A DNA stretch of 62,594 nucleotides, counting the filler, from an uncultured Methanoregulaceae archaeon (GTDB lineage Archaea; Halobacteriota; Methanomicrobia; Methanomicrobiales; Methanospirillaceae), in assembly GCA_964530035.1 (NCBI GenBank). It is 4 parts of 4 records of this genome, joined end to end, with 100 filler letters (N's around TTAATTAATTAA, not from the genome) between each part and the next. Parts side by side here need not be neighbours in the genome. Positions count along the whole stretch, not along the records: positions 47,452 to 62,594 come from CAZGXZ010000045.1; 3 more parts are not named here. The stretch is one strand, 5' to 3'. The position numbers and the translations under genes were made by a program. Below the pieces are notes generated by a model. It searched no databases, was not told the DNA's origin, and was given only the letters and a program-made list of their open reading frames with translations. Shown here piece by piece: positions 58,013-62,594 of this stretch. Each line of letters starts with the position of its first letter. Positions within the stretch are counted from its first letter, which is position 1.

Positions 58013-59500
58013 TTATTGTTTTTTCCCCTCATAGGGTGCTTCGATGCATGTCCTCACCGCAGCAGTAATCGCAGCGACCTGTTTTGCATGACGGAGGGGC
58101 GCGCCGAGAGTTTTCATCCTCGTCTCCTCTTCCTTGACATATCGTTTCAGGCTCTTTGCCATGGATTCCTCTGCAAGGAAATGGGTATGGGTCTTCCCCT
58201 CGACGAAATCAGGGTTGTTCATGATTGCATAGTGGAGAGGGAGGGTTGTCTTGATCCCGATAATGACGTATTCGTAGATAGCCCTCCGCATCCGTTCTAT
58301 TGCTTCAAGGCGGGTCATCCCCCAGGCACAGAGTTTTGCTATCATGGAATCATAACTGGGAGGAATGGCATACCCCATGTGTATGCCGGAATCAAGCCGT
58401 ATACCTGGTCCACCTGGGGACCGGTAGCGGGTAATCTTTCCGGGGTCAGCCGCAAAGTTGTTCAGGGGGTCTTCGGCATTAATCCGGCACTCAATTGCAT
58501 GGCCCCGCATCGATATCTCCTCCTGGGAGAATGGAAGTGGCTCTCCGGCGGCAATGGCCAGCTGCTGCTTGACGATGTCAATCCCCGTGATGAACTCGGT
58601 GATGGTATGTTCCACCTGGAGCCGGGTGTTCATCTCCATGAAGTAATACCGGCCTTCGGAGTACAGGAACTCGACCGTTCCTGCATTTGTGTAATGAGAT
58701 GCCCTGACAACGGCCAATGCAGATTTTGCCATATTTTCACGGAGATCGGAGGTCATTATCGGGCAGGGTGCCTCCTCTATGAGTTTCTGGTGTCTCCTCT
58801 GGATTGAACACTCTCGCTCAAACAGGTGCACACCATTACCATGCGCGTCTGCCAGCACCTGGAACTCGATATGCCTGGGCTTTTTAAGGTACTTTTCAAT
58901 AAAGACCGTCGGATCACCAAAGGCCGATTCAGCCATGCGCATCGATGCGGCAAGGGAGTCAGAGAGTGCTTCATCGTTCTCAACGATCTGCATCCCGATC
59001 CCTCCACCACCTGCACTTGCCTTGACAATGACCGGGTATCCGATCTCATGGGCAATGCTTTCTGCCTCTTCGGGACTTGTGACTCCGCCTTCTGTACCAG
59101 GGAGGACCGGAACGCCTGCCTGGCGCATCATCCTCTTCGCCTCTATCTTGGACCCCATGGCCCTGATGGTCTCCCAGGAGGGTCCGACGAACGTCAGGCC
59201 CTCATCGAGGCAGAGCCGTGCAAACTCGCTGTTCTCAGCAAGAAATCCATAACCAGGGTGGATAGCCTCCGCCCCTGCCTTCTTCGCCACCTCGACAATC
59301 CGTTCCATGTTGAGGTAACTTTTCGAAGGTGGGGCTTCCCCGACCAGGAAGGCCTCGTCCGCATACAGGACATGCAGGGCGTTCTTGTCGACAGTTGAGT
59401 AAATTGCAACCGTTTCAATATTCAATTCGCGACATGCCCGCATGACCCTGATGGCGATCTCCCCTCGGTTTGCAATCAGCAGCTTATCGAAATAGGTCAC
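58013..59500 (-). CDS. pycA: Pyruvate carboxylase subunit A (biotin carboxylase)
   Basis: LIANRGEIA, IHPGYGFLAEN, GGGG.GM, RECSIQRRHQK, EMNTRLQVEH, YDSMIAK. Confidence 0.93.
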   Translation of the reverse strand: MTYFDKLLIANRGEIAIRVMRACRELNIETVAIYSTVDKNALHVLYADEAFLVGEAPPSKSYLNMERIVEVAKKAGAEAIHPGYGFLAENSEFARLCLDEGLTFVGPSWETIRAMGSKIEAKRMMRQAGVPVLPGTEGGVTSPEEAESIAHEIGYPVIVKASAGGGGIGMQIVENDEALSDSLAASMRMAESAFGDPTVFIEKYLKKPRHIEFQVLADAHGNGVHLFERECSIQRRHQKLIEEAPCPIMTSDLRENMAKSALAVVRASHYTNAGTVEFLYSEGRYYFMEMNTRLQVEHTITEFITGIDIVKQQLAIAAGEPLPFSQEEISMRGHAIECRINAEDPLNNFAADPGKITRYRSPGGPGIRLDSGIHMGYAIPPSYDSMIAKLCAWGMTRLEAIERMRRAIYEYVIIGIKTTLPLHYAIMNNPDFVEGKTHTHFLAEESMAKSLKRYVKEEETRMKTLGAPLRHAKQVAAITAAVRTCIEAPYEGKKQ

Positions 59501-61239
59501 TCGATCACCACGAGCACGTCACCATTCTGGACCGTGTCTCCGACATCGACATAGATTTCGACGACCTTGCCATCCACGGGACTTGCAATCGGGTTTTCCA
59601 TCTTCATGGCTTCGAGGACAATGACGACGTCGCCTTTCTTGACAGTTCCGCCACGGGATACAAGGATATCCAGCACCATGCCCTGCATGTTGCTTTTCAC
59701 GCCACCCTTAACATCTCCCCTGGGAATTTTGCCGGCGGATACGGCAGGCGCCTGGGAGATCTGTGAACCTTCGACCGAGACAATGCGCACCGAGAAGATC
59801 TCCCCATCGACCTCAACCTCCATCGAACGGGGCATCTCGGTGACATGCTGCCGGACCGGGATTGCCACGGGGATCTCCTCAACAGTCCGTTCCCCTTTCA
59901 GGAAAGACGGTGCAATGGCGGGGTAGAGGATGTAGGTCATCACGTCCTCCTCCTTTTGTACAAGACCTGCAGAAACCGCCTCTTCCTTCATCTTGCCATA
60001 GATTGGTTCAAGGAGGTCGGCTGGCCGTACTTCAATGATGGGTTCGTCCCCGATTATCTTTTTACGGATTGCCTCGCTTATCGGAGCGGGTGGGCGACCG
60101 TAGAGCCCCCGGACATAATCCTTGACCTCCTTCGTGACGTTCTGGTAGCGCTCGCCTCCGATGAGGACGTTTAAAACAGCCTGGGTGCCGACAATCTGGG
60201 ACGTCGGCGTTACGAGCGGGGGGTAGCCAAGGTCCTCCCGTACCCTGGGAACTTCAGCAAAAACATCAGAAAGCCTTTCAACCGCGTCCTGCTCCTTCAA
60301 CTGTGAGACCAGGTTGGAGATCATGCCTCCAGGGAGCTGGTACAGGAGCACATCGGAGTCTACCCTTTCTGATATCGGGTCGATAAGAGGCGAGTATTTT
60401 CCCCTTAGTCTGACGCAATAATCCCTTATTTCCCTCAACGTCAGGAGGCTGATACCGGTGTCCCGCCGGGTCCCGGCCATAGCGGCAACTACGCTCTCCG
60501 TCGGGGGCTGGGAGGTCCCCAGTGAGAAGGGGGACATGGCGGTGTCAAGGATATCGACACCGGCCCATGCCGCGGCAAGATAGGACATGGAGGCAATCCC
60601 GCTGGTCGAATGACTGTGGAGATCGACAGGGATACCCACCGTTTCCCTGATGCCGGTGATGAGTTCACGAGCATCCCCGGGCATGATGAGCCCGGCCATG
60701 TCCTTGATGCAGAGGGATTCGCACCCACTCGATGCGAGATCCTCGGCCATCGCAACAAAACCACTGATGCTGTGGACAGGGCTCGTGGTATAGCATATGG
60801 CACCCTGGAGCTTTGCTCCGACCTCACGGACCATTTTCATCGAACGGTCCATGTTCCTGATATCATTGAGGGCGTCGAAGACCCGGAAAATATCCACACC
60901 ATTCTTGTGTGACATCGTGATGAACCGGTCCACCACATCGTCAGGGTAATGCCGGTAACCGACAAGGTTCTGCCCCCGGAGAAGCATCTGGATCGGAGTA
61001 TTGGGAAGCTCCTCCTTCAGGGCGGCCAGCCGCCCCCAGGGGTCCTCGTTCAGATAACGTATGCAACTGTCAAAGGTTGCTCCGCCCCACGCCTCGACCG
61101 AAAAAAAACCAGCCCTGTCGATAAGACGTGCAAGAGGCAGCATATCCTCGGTGCGCAGCCGTGTAGCGATCAGGGACTGGTGTGCATCGCGAAGCGTTGT
61201 ATCAGTGATAAGAAGTTTTTTCGACCCGGCAGCGCTCAT
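59497..61239 (-). CDS. pycB: Pyruvate carboxylase subunit B (carboxyltransferase + biotin carrier)
   Basis: TLRDAHQSL.ATR, WGGATFD, QMLLRGQN, FRVFDALND, IKDMAG, HSH, LVTPTSQIVG, EAMKM. Confidence 0.93.
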   Translation of the reverse strand: MSAAGSKKLLITDTTLRDAHQSLIATRLRTEDMLPLARLIDRAGFFSVEAWGGATFDSCIRYLNEDPWGRLAALKEELPNTPIQMLLRGQNLVGYRHYPDDVVDRFITMSHKNGVDIFRVFDALNDIRNMDRSMKMVREVGAKLQGAICYTTSPVHSISGFVAMAEDLASSGCESLCIKDMAGLIMPGDARELITGIRETVGIPVDLHSHSTSGIASMSYLAAAWAGVDILDTAMSPFSLGTSQPPTESVVAAMAGTRRDTGISLLTLREIRDYCVRLRGKYSPLIDPISERVDSDVLLYQLPGGMISNLVSQLKEQDAVERLSDVFAEVPRVREDLGYPPLVTPTSQIVGTQAVLNVLIGGERYQNVTKEVKDYVRGLYGRPPAPISEAIRKKIIGDEPIIEVRPADLLEPIYGKMKEEAVSAGLVQKEEDVMTYILYPAIAPSFLKGERTVEEIPVAIPVRQHVTEMPRSMEVEVDGEIFSVRIVSVEGSQISQAPAVSAGKIPRGDVKGGVKSNMQGMVLDILVSRGGTVKKGDVVIVLEAMKMENPIASPVDGKVVEIYVDVGDTVQNGDVLVVIE

Positions 61240-61299
61240 AAGTCCTCACATCCGGGGCTTTGCCTGACATTCGGAGGTGAGATAAAGCCTCTCAACAAT

Positions 61300-61953
61300 T
61301 CACATCCGAAGTATAAAAACATCACTTAAAGGCAAGAAAGCAGGAATTAACACAATAATAACGAGTATTGAGGCAAGAATATCACCAGTGGTCGTCGTAA
61401 AGGTGGGACAGTAAGAGCCTCCTCCCCGGTATCCCCTGAGGGTTAGGAGCCTGGCCTGTTCCTCGGTCCGTGCCAGCGAACGCTCGAGCAACATGAAAAG
61501 CAGGACGGCAATATGCCTTGTACCGGGCCGTGGAGTCTTAAAGCGTAGCGCCTGTATCCCGCGGGCAAGGTCATGTCCTGACACGGTTATTCCGGTCATG
61601 ACCAGGGATGCGGCCATTCCCAGGTCAAACCCTTTTTTATTTCCAAAAAGCCAGACCGCAATTTTCATGGGGTCTGACGGGTGGAACATAAGCCACGCAC
61701 AACAGCCGGTAAGAGCGACCACCGAAAGCCGGATGCCGTAACCGAGACCATCGCCACCGGTGACTGCAGAGATAGAGGCAACGACGAAAATCCCTCCGAA
61801 TACCAAAAAATACTTCTTTCCTCCCTTTGCGACCTGGTCTACCGGCGCAAATGCAATGAGCCAGACGAGTGCGGCTATGGCACCGGTGACGGATGCGTAC
61901 GAGGCTATTGAGAGGGCTAACACGGAAAAAAGGATTAGACGTGGGTCCTGCAT
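61300..61953 (-). CDS. ECF transporter transmembrane (T) component
   Basis: Hydrophobic protein with the C-terminal A..L.LRGY motif; coupled to the ATPase gene. Confidence 0.7.
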   Translation of the reverse strand: MQDPRLILFSVLALSIASYASVTGAIAALVWLIAFAPVDQVAKGGKKYFLVFGGIFVVASISAVTGGDGLGYGIRLSVVALTGCCAWLMFHPSDPMKIAVWLFGNKKGFDLGMAASLVMTGITVSGHDLARGIQALRFKTPRPGTRHIAVLLFMLLERSLARTEEQARLLTLRGYRGGGSYCPTFTTTTGDILASILVIIVLIPAFLPLSDVFILRM

Positions 61954-62594
61954 GCCGCCTCCCGTATGTCCTCACGGCTGATGTTGGAGGGGACGATTCC
62001 CTGCTCAAGAAGCCTTCGCAATGGTACAGGGGCGTGCAGCCACTTGGGGAGGCATTCCGGGACCCTTCCGACATAGGTGATCTTCCCATCAGCCATCTCC
62101 CAAATATGGTCCACCCTGGGAAAAAAAGACTGTTCGTGGGTCATAACGATGGTAATTCCCGCTTTTCGCTGTGAAATCCTGTCGCACACCCAGCATTTTC
62201 CGTAGGGATCAAGGGTTGAAAACGGCTCGTCCAGCACAAGGACATCATCGTCCCGAAACAGAACACAGGCGAGATGGAGGGCTTTCAGTTCGCCCTTGGA
62301 CAGGGTTTCTATATCTTCCTCCTGGATTGCAGCAAGTCCGCAGTCCTCGAGGACCTGTTCCGGGGGGAGATGCCATGAACGTACTTCTTCCCGGGGAGTT
62401 GTTCCGGTAACATGGTATTCCGGGAACTGGAGAGAAAGGAGCGCTGAACGAATCCCGTATTTGTCAACCCTGCCTTTTGCAGGCCTCTCACACCCGGATA
62501 CAATAAGTGCAAGAGTTGTTTTGCCGCATCCTACCGGACCGGTCACGAGGTGCCTTCCTTCTATGAAACGTACATTGGCATGGAGTTTCCATGC
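61935..62594 (-). CDS. ECF-type ABC ATPase (5' truncated by the window edge)
   Basis: GPVGCGKTT, QFPEY, LSKGE, LDEPFSTLD, TH; frame open to the window end. Confidence 0.85.
   Translation of the reverse strand, partial: AWKLHANVRFIEGRHLVTGPVGCGKTTLALIVSGCERPAKGRVDKYGIRSALLSLQFPEYHVTGTTPREEVRSWHLPPEQVLEDCGLAAIQEEDIETLSKGELKALHLACVLFRDDDVLVLDEPFSTLDPYGKCWVCDRISQRKAGITIVMTHEQSFFPRVDHIWEMADGKITYVGRVPECLPKWLHAPVPLRRLLEQGIVPSNISREDIREAACRTHV

Overview
About 62.6 kb from a methanogenic archaeon, most likely Methanomicrobiales (Methanoregulaceae/Methanolinea-like). This is inferred from the archaeal r-protein operon, the intron-containing tRNA-Met, DUF1890/DUF1894/DUF2115, CetZ and RHD-type PAS histidine kinases. 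The window is not contiguous: four ~15-16 kb contigs are joined by artificial 100-nt N/TTAATTAATTAA/N linkers (15790-15889, 31579-31678, 47352-47451). Contig 1 carries dapL, cutA, the DUF1890/1894 pair, a 2-oxoacid:ferredoxin oxidoreductase, mntP, two paralogous secreted SCGC mini-proteins, an MBL-rhodanese, a YyaL-like protein and mutS-mutL. Contig 2 carries thrC, a nitrilase, an MBL, TMEM175 and ndk-rpl24e-rps28e-rpl7ae with a k-turn-like leader. It also holds the most interesting locus: a lipid-linked glycosylation cluster (FAD oxidoreductase, GT2, UPF0104 flippase-like protein, DUF2298/YYY and Agl23-like GT-C-type proteins) wrapped around a divergent operon of cetZ plus a single-pass surface protein. 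Contig 3 carries an ABC exporter, small hypotheticals, eIF-1A, a MEDS kinase, a P-type ATPase, an aldo/keto reductase and a ccdA-like gene. Contig 4 carries a disulfide oxidoreductase, bcp, bacterial-type rlmH, a five-gene signalling cluster with degenerate kinases and shared upstream motifs, tRNA-Met, pycBA and ECF transporter parts. No integrase, transposase or CRISPR array was seen. All family assignments come from motif recognition, not database searches.
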